From positions 2,784,001-2,848,000 of the forward strand of contig OY970342.1 in the NCBI GenBank assembly GCA_963717505.1: a stretch of DNA of 64,000 nucleotides, read 5' to 3'. The notes below the pieces were generated by a model. It saw only the letters and a list, made by a program, of their open reading frames with translations, searched no databases and had not been told where the DNA came from. This document shows positions 27,354 through 39,483 of the stretch, in pieces (position 1 is the first letter of the stretch; each line of letters begins with the position of its first letter). This stretch comes from Candidatus Eiseniibacteriota bacterium. Its GTDB lineage: Bacteria > Eisenbacteria > RBG-16-71-46. Position numbers and translations under genes: made by a program.

Positions 27354-28799
27354 ATGCGCACCGATTCTGCGGGAAGACGTTTCACATGGTTGAGGGGCGT
27401 CGTGTGTCCGCTCTTCACGGCGTGCGCTTGCCTTCTCGTCAGCTCCGGGCTGCGCGCGGCGCCGCCGCCCGAGCGCCCGAACATCATCTTCATTCTGATG
27501 GACGACTTGCGCTGGGACGAAATGGACTATCCGTTCGTCAACGTGCCGAACATCCGGCGCATCGCGCGCGAGGGCGTGCGCTTCCGGAATGCGTTCGTGA
27601 CCACGCCGCTCTGCTCGCCCGGGCGTGCGAGCATCCTCACCGGTCAATACGCGCACAAGCACGGCATCACCGACAACACCGATCGCAGCCCGCGCAGCCA
27701 CGAATTGGTGACGTTCCCGCGCCTGCTGCACGACGCCGGCTACGAGACGGCGTTCATCGGCAAGTGGCACATGGGTCTCGACGACAATGCTAGACCCGGA
27801 ATCGATCATTGGGTCAGCGTCAAGGGACAGGGGAGCTACCTGGATCCCGAGTTCAACGTGAACGGCAGGCGCGAAAAGATCCCAGGCTACTTTACAGACA
27901 TCCTGAACAAGTTCGCACTCGACTACTTGAAGCAGAAACACACCAAGCCGTACCTGCTCTACCTTTCTCACAAGGCCGTGCATCCCGATCTGGTTCAGAA
28001 CGCTGACGGCAGTCTGTCGGACCCGAACGCGGGCAAGTTCATTCCCGCCGTTCGGCACACGCAGCTCTATGCGGAGGCCTCGATCCCGCATCGCGCCAAC
28101 CACGGTAGGCCCCCTGAGGACAAACCTGCCTTGCTCCGGCCGATCGCCGGCCTGCCCCCGCTCGGCCCGAAGACGGGCACAGACGATGAAACGATTCGCA
28201 ATCGCCTGCGGATGCTCGCATCGGCGGACGAAGGCGTCGGGCAGATGTTCGAGGCGCTCGAAGGGCAAGGGCAGTTGGACAACACGCTCATCGTGTTCAC
28301 GAGCGACGAAGGATACTTCTACGGTGAACACGGCCTGAGTGTGGAGCGGAGGTTGGCCTACGAGGAGTCGGCCCGCATCCCGCTACTGATGCGCTGGCCG
28401 AAACTCATCGAGGCCGGCCGCGTGATCGACGAGTTCGCGTTGAGCATAGACCTGGCTCCCACCCTGCTGGACATCGGGGGAGTACCTGCCGCGAAGGATG
28501 TGCACGGGCGCTCCCTCGCCCCTCTATTGCGCGGCGAGACGGTGCCCTGGCGCAATGCGTTCCTCATCGAGCACTTTTCAGACAAAGTCTTCCCGCGCAT
28601 GTCGAACATGGGCTACCAATGCGTGCGGACGGAGCAATGGAAGTACATCCACTACGTCGACCTTGATGGAATGGATGAGCTGTACGATTTGCGTAACGAT
28701 CCGCTCGAGATGAAGAACGTGATCGGGCAAGCGGACGCCCGAGGTGCGCTAGGAGAGATGAGAGCCGAACTGGACCGCCTTTTGCGGACAACGAAGTAG
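27354..28799 (+). CDS. Cys-type sulfatase (N-acetylglucosamine-6-sulfatase-like), exported
   Basis: PNIIFILMDD, CSPGRASILTG (CxPxR), GKWH, FTSDEG and ELYDL...DP motifs. Confidence 0.92.
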   Translation: MRTDSAGRRFTWLRGVVCPLFTACACLLVSSGLRAAPPPERPNIIFILMDDLRWDEMDYPFVNVPNIRRIAREGVRFRNAFVTTPLCSPGRASILTGQYAHKHGITDNTDRSPRSHELVTFPRLLHDAGYETAFIGKWHMGLDDNARPGIDHWVSVKGQGSYLDPEFNVNGRREKIPGYFTDILNKFALDYLKQKHTKPYLLYLSHKAVHPDLVQNADGSLSDPNAGKFIPAVRHTQLYAEASIPHRANHGRPPEDKPALLRPIAGLPPLGPKTGTDDETIRNRLRMLASADEGVGQMFEALEGQGQLDNTLIVFTSDEGYFYGEHGLSVERRLAYEESARIPLLMRWPKLIEAGRVIDEFALSIDLAPTLLDIGGVPAAKDVHGRSLAPLLRGETVPWRNAFLIEHFSDKVFPRMSNMGYQCVRTEQWKYIHYVDLDGMDELYDLRNDPLEMKNVIGQADARGALGEMRAELDRLLRTTK

Positions 28800-28827
28800 T
28801 GCGGTAGGGCAATACGGGGAGACAGTC

Positions 28828-29274
28828 ATGAAGGAGATCGTCGATGTGCTTGGTACGGCGGGCCGTTCCAAGGTGGAGCGTGCGGCCGCAAGAGTAGCGT
28901 TCCTTCGTAAGCGGTCAGACATTTGGAAGAACATCCAAGAAGAAAGGTTCCCTGCGACTTACGTCTCTTCCGGGATGAAGAAGTTCGTTGGGGCTCCGAG
29001 AAAGACAGCAATTCGATGCGACTTCTTGTTGGCCAACAAGGCCGCACTCGGGGGAAAGTACGCTACAGACCGGATCTCTGATATGGCCCAGCGCGACTTG
29101 CTGTTCCGCGTGCTGCGGGACAGAGAGGTCTTTCCCAACAGAACCGGAAACAAGTTCTATTGCTGTCCAAAGTGCACGGCCAAGCTGTACGAGTGCGTGA
29201 GTGCTAAGGTGTTCCGCTACGTCGACAATGCGAAGTGGAAGGCGGCGATTGAAGGCGGCCGCGATGTCCAGTGA
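28828..29274 (+). CDS. Hypothetical basic protein
   Basis: 148-aa ORF with GGAG RBS; AT-richer codon usage; CCPKC motif. Confidence 0.55.
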   Translation: MKEIVDVLGTAGRSKVERAAARVAFLRKRSDIWKNIQEERFPATYVSSGMKKFVGAPRKTAIRCDFLLANKAALGGKYATDRISDMAQRDLLFRVLRDREVFPNRTGNKFYCCPKCTAKLYECVSAKVFRYVDNAKWKAAIEGGRDVQ

Positions 29275-29723
29275 CGACTAACCCTGCGCGGCGCCAGCAG
29301 TCTCCAGCGCGCAAGCCCACGAAGTCGCGCCTCCTCTCAGGCGGTAACCCTCAAATCGCGAAGGCCGACGGCGACGTCCCCTTACAGGCCTACATCGCGG
29401 CCATGCCGGGCTGGAAACGCGACGTCGGGCACCGCCTCGACGCGCTTATCGTGCGCAACGTGCCCAAGGTGCGCAAGGCCGTGAGGTGGAACTCGCCCTT
29501 CTATGGCATCGAGGGCCAGGGCTGGTTCCTCAGCTTCCATTGCTTCACGAAGTACATCAAGGTGGTGTTCTTCCGCGGCTCGTTGCTGCGTCCACTCCCG
29601 CCCGTCGAGTCCAAGGACCCAAACACGCGCTACTTCCACATCCACGAGGACGACCGGCTGGACCAGAAGCTCGTGGCGAGTTGGATCAGACAGGCATCGG
29701 AGCAGCCTGGCTGGGTCCCGTAG
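29271..29723 (+). CDS. DUF1801 (YdhG-like) protein
   Basis: LLSGGNPQIAKADGD, AVRWNSPFYG, FFRGSLL and WIRQA motifs. Confidence 0.85.
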   Translation: MTTNPARRQQSPARKPTKSRLLSGGNPQIAKADGDVPLQAYIAAMPGWKRDVGHRLDALIVRNVPKVRKAVRWNSPFYGIEGQGWFLSFHCFTKYIKVVFFRGSLLRPLPPVESKDPNTRYFHIHEDDRLDQKLVASWIRQASEQPGWVP

Positions 29724-29845
29724 CGCCGGCGATGCCCAGCCCGATGTCAAGGCTGGTGCTTGAAACGCCGATGGAATGGAGGGTGGACGACAGGCGCACA
29801 CTGCGCCGGTCCGCGCGGCACGGTTGGCGCGTATCGGGAGGATGT

Positions 29846-30349
29846 ATGGCTGCCTGCGGTTACTGCGGAACATCGATCCTGTTCGGCGGGACGCGCGACG
29901 GTGACGTTCGCTTCTGCAACCCGAAATGCCAGAAGAAGGGAGTGGTCGCGTCGGTCGCTGGGCATGTGCCGGAGGCGATCGTCCGGGAACAGGTGATGCA
30001 GGTGTTTCGGGGCTTGTGCCCAAAGTGCGGTGGCAGCGGGCCCGTAGACGTCCACACGAGTCACCGTGTGTGGTCCGCTCTGATCGTCACGACCTCGAGC
30101 AGCCGACCGCACGTCGTGTGCAAGCCGTGCGGTGCGAGGGCGCAGCTCGGCGATGCGGTGTTCTCGTTGATCCTGGGATGGTGGGGATTTCCGTGGGGCG
30201 CGATCATGACGCCCGTGCAGTTGTTCAGGAACATCGCCGGCCTCTTGCGCTCGAACGAGCAGGCTGCACCATCCCTAGAGCTGGCGCGTCTTGTCAGGCT
30301 CCAGCTCGCCGCGGACGCCATCGCGGCTCACCAGGAACGAGCCGCCTGA
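29846..30349 (+). CDS. Zinc-finger membrane protein, hypothetical
   Basis: CGYC, FCNPKC, CPKC and CKPC motifs; TM segment LILGWWGFPWG; GGAGG RBS. Confidence 0.7.
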   Translation: MAACGYCGTSILFGGTRDGDVRFCNPKCQKKGVVASVAGHVPEAIVREQVMQVFRGLCPKCGGSGPVDVHTSHRVWSALIVTTSSSRPHVVCKPCGARAQLGDAVFSLILGWWGFPWGAIMTPVQLFRNIAGLLRSNEQAAPSLELARLVRLQLAADAIAAHQERAA

Positions 30350-30494
30350 CACATCTGGCGGCATACGATCCCAGGTTGCTCGGCTGACAAGCCTCCAGTC
30401 CGCCGCCGCAATCTAGTGGGGATTGCCTCCAACGCCCTTCGGCGGCTAACGTTGCCGCAATGGACGCACCATCCCCAGCCCCGGAGGCGCCGAC

Positions 30495-32213
30495 ATGGGT
30501 AACGCTCGCATCCTCGTTCCGGCCACGGTGTGCCTGGTGGCGACCGTGATGGCAGGCAGTAACCAGTCCTCACACGCCGCGCGCGGCAACGCCACCCGCT
30601 CACCCGTGGTCGCCGAGCACGGCATGGTGTGCGCCGCCCAGCCGCTCGCGGTCCAGGTCGGGGTCGACATCCTCAAGGCCGGCGGCAGCGCAGTCGACGC
30701 CGCGATCGCGGTCAACGCATGCCTGGGACTCATGGAGCCGACCGCCAACGGCATCGGCGGCGATCTGTTCGCGCTGGTGTGGGATCCCAAGTCCAACAAG
30801 CTGGTCGGGCTCAACGCTTCGGGCCGAGCACCCATGGCACTCACCATCGACAAAGTGAAACCCGACTCGGCGGACGGCACCATCCCCGAGTACTCGCCCT
30901 ACGCGTGGAGTGTTCCGGGTTGTGTGGACGGCTGGGTCGAGCTGCACAAGAAGTTTGGCGTCTCGAGTGGAAGGAATGCTCGAGCCCGCCGATCGCGCTA
31001 CGCGGAAGAGGGATTCCCGGTGTCGCCGGTGATCGGCGGCGACTGGGAACGTGCGCTCAAGCGCTTCGCCGACAAGCCCGGCTTCAAGGAAGTGTTCATG
31101 CCCGGCGGCCGTGCACCGCGCGAGGGCGAGCGCTTCAAGAACCCGGCACTCGCGCGCACGCTGCGGCAGATCGCCAAGGGTGGACGCGACGCCTATTACA
31201 AGGGATCGATCGCCGATGCGATCGTCGCGTTCTCCAAGCAGCACGGCGGCTTCTTCGCCAAGGAGGATTTCGCCAAGCATCACTCGACCTGGGACGCGCC
31301 GATCTCCACCACCTATCGCGGCCACACGGTGTGGGAGCTGCCGCCGAACGGCCAGGGACTCGCCGTGCTCCAGATGCTCAACCTGCTCGAGGACTACGAT
31401 CTCAAGTCGATGGGGCGGAACTCGCCCGACTTCTGGCACCTGCTGGTCGAGGCGAAGAAGGTCGCGTTCGCCGATCGCGCGCGCTACTACGCCGATCCCG
31501 AGTTCGTGAAGGTGCCGATCGAGGAACTCATCTCCAAGGACTTACGCCAAGGAACGCGCCAAGCTGATCGACATGGCAGCACGCCGCGCAGACCGACGCC
31601 GCCGGCGAAGTCGCGGCCTCGAACCAGCGCGAGACTACGTTCCTGTGTACCGCCGACGAAGACGGCATGATGGTGTCGCTGATCCAGAGCAACTACACCG
31701 GCTTTGGCTCCGGCTACTGCGTGCCCGAGCTGGGCTTTGGCCTTCAGAATCGTGGCGCCCTGTTCTCGCTCGATCCCGCGCATCCCAACGCACTGAAGCC
31801 GGGCAAGCGTCCGTTCCACACGATCATCCCGGCGTTCGTCACCAAGGATGGCGTGCCGCTGATGGCGTTCGGCCTGATGGGCGGCGACATGCAGCCGCAG
31901 GGGCACGTGCAGGTCCTGGTCAATCTGGTCGACTTCGGAATGAACCTGCAGGAGGCCGGAGACGCGATTCGCTTCCACCACATCGGGTTCGACCGAGCCG
32001 ACCGGAACCGTGATGAAGGCCGGCGGCATTCTGCACATCGAGGATGGTTTGCCGGCGGCGGTGATCGACGAACTGAAGCGACGCGGCCACGTGATCGAGC
32101 CCGAGCCGGTTGGCGTCTACGGCGGCTATCAGGCGATCTGGCGCGATCCGGTGACCGGGTTCTACATCGGCGCGACCGAGAGGCGGAAAGACGGCTGCGC
32201 GCTGGGGTATTGA
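30495..32213 (+). CDS. ggt: Gamma-glutamyltransferase; frameshifted
   Basis: GGSAVDAAIA, GIGGDLF, VWELPPNGQG, nucleophile region ETTFLC, LQNRG, PGKRPFHTIIP and MGGDMQPQGH motifs, spread over several frames. Confidence 0.88.
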
Positions 32214-32342
32214 GGCTGGACCGCGGCGTTTCGGCCGGTTTGCGGTCGATCGCCAAGATGCGAGCGAAAGGGTTTGCCGGGCTGCAGGTGGGTCCGATAA
32301 CCTAGCTGCGTCCCCTCGACCCCAACCAGTGGAGTCCCCCCG

Positions 32343-34490
32343 ATGGCGGCCACCCGGACGACCGCGACCACCCGCAGCTCCCGCTGGCACGGGCTGACCC
32401 CCGAAGACCTGATCGGCCTCTACCGCACCATGTTCACGTCGCGGAAGGCCGACGACGAGGAGATCCGGCTCAAGAAGCTGGACAAGATCTTCTTCCAGAT
32501 CTCGGGCGCCGGGCACGAGGCGGTGCTGGCCGCGGCGGGGAAGGCGCTCAAGCCGGGTTACGACTGGTTCTACCCCTACTACCGCGACCGGGCGCTGTGC
32601 CTCGCAGCTCGGCATGACCCCGCGGAGATGCTGCTGTCGGCGGTGGCGTCGGCCGAGGACCCGAACTCGGGCGGCCGCCAGATGCCGAGCCACTGGGGCC
32701 ACAAGAAGCTCAACATCGTCTCGCAGTCGAGCCCGACCGGGACCCAGTTCCTGCAGGCGGTCGGTGCTGCCGAGGCGCTCGTCAAGTACCGCGACCTCGA
32801 GGCCTCAGTACCCCGAGCTCAACGGCAAGGTGCACGGCGACGAAGTCGTGTACGTCAGCGCCGGCGACGGCACCACCAGCCAGGGCGAGTTCTGGGAGGC
32901 GCTGAACTCGGCCTGCTGCCTCAAGCTCCCGGTGCTGTTCCTGGTCGAGGACAACGGCTACGCGATCTCGGTGCCGGTCGACGTCCAGACGGCGGGCGGC
33001 AACGTCGCGACCCTGGTGCGCAACTTCCCGAATCTCCACTGGGTGGGCGAGATCAACGGCAACGACCCGATCGAGTCCTACGGAATCCTGAAAGAGGCGG
33101 TCGCCTACTGCCGCGCCCGCAAGGGTCCGGCGTTCGTGCGGGCGATGGTCACGCGCCCCTACTCGCACTCGATGTCGGACGACGAGTCCAAGTACCGGAC
33201 GCAAGGCCGAGCGCGACGCCGAGGCGGAGCGCGACTGCCTGCGCACCTTCTCGCGTTACCTGGTCGATGAGGGCGTGCTCGACGCCGCCGGGCTCGAGCG
33301 TCTGCACGAAGAGGTACAGACCGACGCTGCGCGCAGGCGGCCGAGGAGGCGCTCGAGAGTCCGCAGCCGCCAGTCGCGACTGCAACCGACTACGTGTTCT
33401 CGCCCGACCGTCGATCCGACCTCGGATCGTTTCGTGGTCCGAGCCGAAGGTCGAGGACCCCGAAGCAGCCGAGACCATGCTCCAGAGCATCAACTACTGC
33501 CTGCGCGACGAGATGAAGCGCAACCCGCGCATCGTCATGTTCGGCGAGGACATCGCCGACGCCTCGCACGAGGATGTGCTGGACGAGACCAAGGGCAAGG
33601 GCGGCGTGTTCGGCGTCACCTGGGGCCTGCAGAAGCTCTACGGCGGCAAGCGCGTCTACAACTCGCCGCTCGCCGAGGCCAACATCGTCGGCCGCGCGAT
33701 CGGCCTCGCCACGCTGGGCTTGAAGCCGGTGGTCGAGATCCAGTTCTTCGACTACATCTGGCCGGCCATGATGCAGATCCGGAACGAGCTGGGCTACATG
33801 CGCTATCGCTCGAACAACGCGTTCTCGTGCCCGGTGATGATCCGCACCGCCTACGGCGGCTACCTGCGCGGCGGCGCGCCCTACCACAGCCAGTGCGGCG
33901 AGAGCATCTTCGCGCACTGCCCCGGGCATTCGCGTCGTGCTGCCGAGCAACGCCATGGACGCCGTCGGTCTGATGCGCACGGCGCTCCGCAGCGAGGACC
34001 CGGTGCTGTTCCTCGAGCACAAGCACCTGTACCGGCAGCCCTACGCCAAGTCGCCCTACCCGGGTCCCGACTACACGGTGCCGTTCGGCCGCGCGCGCGT
34101 CGTGCGCGCGGGCGACGACGTCACGGTCGTCACCTATGGCGCGCTGGTCCAGCGCACGTTTCTCGCCGCGCAGGAGCTGGCGGAAGAGGGGATCGAGGCC
34201 GAGGTGCTCGACCTGCGCACGATCCAGCCGCTCGACTTCGAGTCGATCGCGCGCTCGGTGGCAGAAGACCGGCCGCGTGATCGTCGCCCACGAGGACACG
34301 CTGTTCTGCGGCTACGGCGCCGAGGTCGCGGCGCGCGTCGCCAGCGAGTGCTTCATGGACCTCGACGCTCCGGTGCGCCGCGTCGGCGCGCTCGACACCC
34401 CGGTGGCGTACGCGCCCACAGCTCGAGGACGTGATCCTGCCGCAGAAGGACACGATGGTGCGCGCGATCCGGGAGCTGGCCGAGTACTAG
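32343..34490 (+). CDS. 2-oxoacid (branched-chain-type) dehydrogenase E1, fused alpha+beta subunits; frameshifted
   Basis: [23 protein letters not shown] motif [10 protein letters not shown]...[23 protein letters not shown] and DPVLFLEHK. Confidence 0.88.
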
Positions 34491-34497
34491 GGTCCGC

Positions 34498-36891
34498 CTA
34501 ACGGTGTTTCGTCAGCACCGCCGAAGACTCCTGGGCGGCCGAAATCCGTGCCCAGTCCATCAATAACGGCACGTACTGGTGGTCGGCCCACTTCTGCAGG
34601 TGGTCCCGTGAGTGAGCACTCGCTGGATCCCCGCTGTTCCCCGGCGGCAGGATCACCAGCGACGATTCGGCGACCGCCAGGTCCACGAGATGGCGCATCA
34701 CGGGAGCATGGGTGAACTCCGTGCTCCACGGCAGCCGCGACGGTCCGACGCTCGGCGTGCCGTTGTCGCCGTCGGCGGGTACCGGACTCGGCTCCATCGA
34801 TCGTGACGTGTCGCGGCTCAGCGAATGGCGGAAGCGCGCCCGGTGGCCGCGCGCCCAACGCCAGGTCGACAGATCGGGACCGAATTCGGCCTCGAGGTAG
34901 GTGAGTGCGGTGTCGAGGGCGGCCACTGCCGCGCTCGTCGGGGTCTCGCCCTTCAATGCCTCCGGCGCTCGGCCGTCGAGTGCCGCGATGGTCAGACCTT
35001 GGCGTCCGTCCAGCTCGAAGCGGCGCGACAGTGCGGCAAACCAAGAGCGGTGGAGCGTGGGACCCACGCGATCGCGCCGGGCCGACAGGTTCCATGCACG
35101 CAGACTGTCGATCGCCTGACGCGCGCGCGGATCGAGCGAGCTCGAAACCGAGTCGACCGCACGCAAGAGCCTCGGGACCATGCGCTCGGCCGGCAGCGAG
35201 TGGATGTCGTTCTGGATGCGCGCCATGTCTTCCAGCGTGTGTCGGCGTTTTGCCGACAGCAGTTGATCCAAACGCAGGGGCCGATCCTGCGGCCAGTCGT
35301 AGCGCGTCCACGTGCGCAGGTCGAGGCCGGCGGCCGGCAGATTGTTGCCGTTGACCACGTGGCCATCGGGTGGTACTCGCCACGACGGCAGCTCTGCCGA
35401 GGTCAGAACGGCGCTCCACTCGTGAGCCCCGTCGCCGGGCAGCGGGCCGAAGCCCGGTTCGAATTCGCGCATCGGCACCTGGCCCACCGGCTGGTAGATC
35501 ACGCTGCCATTGACGTCGGCGGTGACCACGTTGAGCCCAGGGGTGACCAGGGTGCGCCAGCGCTCGGCGACCTCCTCGGCGCTCTGCGATTGCTCGAGCC
35601 CGATCATTCGCGCCAGCGTGACCTTGGACTCGTCGCGCGCCCAGCCGCACGAGTACGCGATGCCTCGTTTGTTGGCGTAGACCAGCACCGGCCCATGGGG
35701 CGTGTAACGCCGCACCTGTCCAAGCGGGGGAATCAGGATGCCGCCCGGTAGCCGGAACTGCATGGTGAACGGTTCTTCGCGAATCGGCACCCACTGGCCC
35801 TTGTACCGCACGCTCTTGCCATCCGCCGACAGCGTGTCGGCCCAGACGTCGACCACGTCGGCGGCGAGCGAGGTCACGCCCCACGCGCAGCGGTCGTTTC
35901 GTCCGCTGACGATCGACGGCAGCCCGGGCACGCACGCGCCGGCGGCGCGGACCACGCCCGGGACTTCGAAGTGGACCAGGTAGAGCTGCGCGGGATTCGT
36001 GGGGCTCAGGTGCAGGTCGTTGGCGAGCATCGGACGACCGCTGGCACTCCGCCGCGGCCCGACGGCGAAGATATCGCTCGCGCGCTGGTCGGGCTCGCGC
36101 TCGAGCAGCCAATCACCGAGGGTTTCGCGCGCCCGGGCCTCGAGGTCGATGTCGGCGAGGTGTTGTCCGGTCGGCTGCCCGCGCGCAGGAGTTGGAGGGG
36201 AGGCCGGCTCACGGCTCGCCGTGGCCGGTACGTTCGCCCCGGCAGCGCCCTCCGGAATCGTGCGGTAGTCGAACTCGAGGTCCCATCGCCGGCGCGCGGC
36301 CATCCACTCGGCACCCTTTTCGTTCACCGTCGTCTCTTCGTTCAGCTCCGGCACCGCGAAGTCGAGAAGCAGGCCCATGCCCAGCAACAGGACGATCGAG
36401 TCCGCTGGTTCCCAGTCCTCCGGCGTGTGCCCGATGCGGCGGAACTCTTCAGGCCACGGACGTGCGCCCGAGCGGCATTCCTCGAGTAGCGCGTTGATGC
36501 CGTCGGTGAACCGCTCCAGCGCGCGGCGGGTCGTTGTGTCGCTCCGCTCGCGCCGCCACACCCGGTCGGCCATCGCCCCGAACTCGAGCAACTGGGCGCC
36601 ACCATCGTCGCGCAGCTTGTCGTTACCGAACCAGCGCCACAGCTCGCCGCGCCCGGCCTGGCGCGCGTAGGCGATCTGCCACAAACGATCGCGGCCCGTG
36701 ACCCAACCCCAGGCGTAGTAGAGGTCGTCGGTCGACTCCGCGCGCAGATGAGGAATCCCCCAGCGATCGGTGATGATCGTGACGTCGTGGACCGGGCCGG
36801 GGATCGGCGTGGTGCGCGGTGGAATCGGCGCCTCGGCGCAGCCGGTCGCCGCTACCACGATGGCCATGAACAGCAGGGAAGCTCGGCGCAT
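34498..36891 (-). CDS. Penicillin acylase / AHL-acylase family Ntn hydrolase, probable lipoprotein
   Basis: DRWGIPH and DRLWQ; beta-chain start ASDIFAV...ANDLHL; [11 protein letters not shown] and HGP; lipobox-like ATGC. Start codon uncertain (36891-36984). Confidence 0.87.
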   Translation of the reverse strand: MRRASLLFMAIVVAATGCAEAPIPPRTTPIPGPVHDVTIITDRWGIPHLRAESTDDLYYAWGWVTGRDRLWQIAYARQAGRGELWRWFGNDKLRDDGGAQLLEFGAMADRVWRRERSDTTTRRALERFTDGINALLEECRSGARPWPEEFRRIGHTPEDWEPADSIVLLLGMGLLLDFAVPELNEETTVNEKGAEWMAARRRWDLEFDYRTIPEGAAGANVPATASREPASPPTPARGQPTGQHLADIDLEARARETLGDWLLEREPDQRASDIFAVGPRRSASGRPMLANDLHLSPTNPAQLYLVHFEVPGVVRAAGACVPGLPSIVSGRNDRCAWGVTSLAADVVDVWADTLSADGKSVRYKGQWVPIREEPFTMQFRLPGGILIPPLGQVRRYTPHGPVLVYANKRGIAYSCGWARDESKVTLARMIGLEQSQSAEEVAERWRTLVTPGLNVVTADVNGSVIYQPVGQVPMREFEPGFGPLPGDGAHEWSAVLTSAELPSWRVPPDGHVVNGNNLPAAGLDLRTWTRYDWPQDRPLRLDQLLSAKRRHTLEDMARIQNDIHSLPAERMVPRLLRAVDSVSSSLDPRARQAIDSLRAWNLSARRDRVGPTLHRSWFAALSRRFELDGRQGLTIAALDGRAPEALKGETPTSAAVAALDTALTYLEAEFGPDLSTWRWARGHRARFRHSLSRDTSRSMEPSPVPADGDNGTPSVGPSRLPWSTEFTHAPVMRHLVDLAVAESSLVILPPGNSGDPASAHSRDHLQKWADHQYVPLLMDWARISAAQESSAVLTKHR

Positions 36892-37008
36892 GACCGCGCA
36901 CTGTGCCATCATGGGCTTCGCCCGTCGAGGCACGTTCGCGGCCTGTGCTTGACGTTCGTTCCGGCCGTGTCGCTGTGAGTTCACGCGGATGGATCAATGG
37001 GGAAGGAT

Positions 37009-37929
37009 ATGTCGAGCGCGATCCGAATCGGTCTGGACCTCGGTGGCACCGACCTGAAGGCCATCGCGCTCGGTCCGGAAGATAGGGTCCTGCACTTTAC
37101 GCGCGTGCCGTCGCGGGCGGGCGAGGGGGCCGAGGGGCCGATCGATGCCATGCGCGCGGCATTCGCTGAGGTGTCTGCCGCGACCGATGGCTCGGGGCGA
37201 AGTTCCAATCCACTTCGGGTTGGCCTCGGCTGCCCCGGCGCGATCGACCCCGAGACCGGCGCCCTGCGCGGACCGACGCCACACCTTCCACACTGGAACG
37301 GCTTCCCGTTGGCGTCGCGCGCACAGGCGGCGCTCGGCCATCCGGTGCACGTCGAGAATGACGCCACTTGCGCGGCATGGGCCGAACACCGACTCGGAGC
37401 GGCGCGCGACACGCGGGTTTCGATCACAGTCACGATCGGCACCGGAGTCGGGTGCGGCATCGTCATCGACGGTCGTCCGTTTCGCGGCGCCCATGGCGGC
37501 GCCGGTGAGATCGGCCATTTGCCGCTCGGTCCGGCAGGGTCCGAGTGCGCTTGCGGCGTCGAGGGCTGCGCCGAACCCTGGATGTCGGGCGACGGGCTGG
37601 CCGATGCGGCCCGCGCATCGGGACTCGGCCCCGTGACGGCGAGCGAGATCTTTGCGCTCGCGGCTCGCGGCAATCACGTCGCGCGCTCGATGGTCGAGCG
37701 TCTGGCCGACCGACTGGGAGCGGCGTTGGCGAGCGCCGTCCACATCCTGGATCCCGAGGTGATCGTGCTCGGTGGTGGCGTGTCGTCGGCCGGGCCGCCG
37801 CTGATCGACGCCGTGACCCGCGCCCTCGACCGCTACGTCATGCGTTCGCATCGCGCCGGGTTCCGCCTGGAGCTGGCGGCACTCGGCGAACGGGCGGGCG
37901 CGATCGGCGCGGCGCTGTTGACGGAATAG
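37009..37929 (+). CDS. ROK family sugar kinase (glucokinase-like)
   Basis: GLDLGGT, ENDATCAA, GTGVGCG, AGEIGH and CACGVEGCAE motifs. Confidence 0.92.
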   Translation: MSSAIRIGLDLGGTDLKAIALGPEDRVLHFTRVPSRAGEGAEGPIDAMRAAFAEVSAATDGSGRSSNPLRVGLGCPGAIDPETGALRGPTPHLPHWNGFPLASRAQAALGHPVHVENDATCAAWAEHRLGAARDTRVSITVTIGTGVGCGIVIDGRPFRGAHGGAGEIGHLPLGPAGSECACGVEGCAEPWMSGDGLADAARASGLGPVTASEIFALAARGNHVARSMVERLADRLGAALASAVHILDPEVIVLGGGVSSAGPPLIDAVTRALDRYVMRSHRAGFRLELAALGERAGAIGAALLTE

Positions 37930-37965
37930 CTCGCAAGCTTTCGGCCGCGAAGAGGAAGCGAAGGC

Positions 37966-39312
37966 CTACCCGATCGTGACCAGCGCCGGTGCTGACTGCC
38001 GCGCGGCGACCGGCTCGGCCGATCAACGTCATCGACGTGGAGCCGACGACTCGCACCCGCGCGAGCGAACCCGCCGGCGTGCCGTCGTCGGGGAATACGA
38101 CGGTCTTGAACTGCCGCGATCTTGCCGAGCAGCTGACTCGCATCGCGCCGCGCCGGGCCCTCGACCAGCACTTCGACCTCGCGCCCGAGCCAGCGCGTCG
38201 TTGCGTCTCGGCCGAGATCGACTGCTGGAGGTCGATCAGCGCTTCGAGCCGCCGCGCCCTTCTCCTCCTCGCTCACCGTCTCGGGCCAGCGCCAGGCCTT
38301 GGTGTCGGGGCGCGCCGAGTACTTGAACAGGAACGCGCTGTCGAAGCGGACCTCGCGCATGTAGTCCGACCGTGCGTCTCGAAGTCGCCTCGGTCTCGCC
38401 GGGGAAGCCGACGATGATGTCGGTGCTGAGCGCCAGCTCGGGAATCGCGGCGCGCAGTCGCGCGACGACGCGCCGGTACCCGGCCATGGTGTAGGTGCGG
38501 TTCATCGCCTCGAGCACCGAGTCCGATGCCGACTGCAGCGGCAGGTGGACGTGCGGCATCACCTTCGCGCACTCGGCCATCGCCACGATCACGCGCTCGC
38601 TCATGTCGCTCGGGTGCGGCGAGGTGTAGCGGATGCGCAGGAGGCCGTCGACTGCGTCGGTCGCGCGCAGCAGATCGGCGAAGTCGTGCGTGCCGTCGTG
38701 GTACGAGTTGACCGTCTGCCCGAGGAACACGACCTCGCGGAAGCCCTGTGCGACCGCGCTGCTGCACCTGACGCGATCAGATCGGCGAGCGGCAGGCTGC
38801 GCTCGCGGCCGCGCGTGTAGGGCACGACGCAGTAGGTGCAGAACTTGTCGCAGCCGCGCTGGACGGTGACCCAGGCGCGCACGCCGGGCTCGCGCTTGGG
38901 CTCGAGGTCGCCGTAGGTCTCGTCGCGGTCGAGGCGGACGTGAGCCACCGGCTCGCCCGCCGCGCGGCGCAGCAGGTCGGGGAGGTTGCGGTAGCCGTCG
39001 GGGCCGACCACCAGGTCGAGCACCCGCGCCTGGTCGAGCAGCCGGCCCGCGCAGGTGCTGCGCCATGCAGCCCGCCACGCCGACGACCAGATCCGGGCGT
39101 TCCGCGCTTGAGGCGCGCGAACTCGCCGAGCCGCCCGAGCACGCGCTGCTCGGCGTGCTCGCGGATCGCGCAGGTGTTGAGGATCACGGCGTCCGCCTCT
39201 TCGGGCCGGTCGGTCAGGGTCATGCCCGGCGCGCTCGAGCACGCCGGCCATGACCTCGCTGTCGGCCACGTTCATCTGGCAGCCGTAGGTTTCGAGGAAG
39301 ACGCGTCTTCAT
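37966..39312 (-). CDS. miaB: tRNA methylthiotransferase MiaB; frameshifted
   Basis: ETYGCQMNVADSE, NTCAIRE, GCDKFCTYCVVPYTRGRERS, HLPLQS and TDIIVGFPGET motifs, plus a TRAM-like end. Confidence 0.9.
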
Positions 39313-39483
39313 GAGGCGGCGACGATAGCACGCGCCCACCGCGCCCGGAATCGATCCCGGCGCACCGGGGCCCCGGACTCAGGGTGATCGCAACCCTGGG
39401 CCCTCCGCGCCCGTCCTACTTCCCGACCTTGACCGCCTGCGACACCCTTACGCACCATAAGGGTTCGCCCACGGAGGCCCCGG

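Noticed and set aside
24850-30400. Bona fide integron
   Set aside because: No intI and no complete attC stem-loops; several genes overlap directly. Kept only as a low-confidence island finding.
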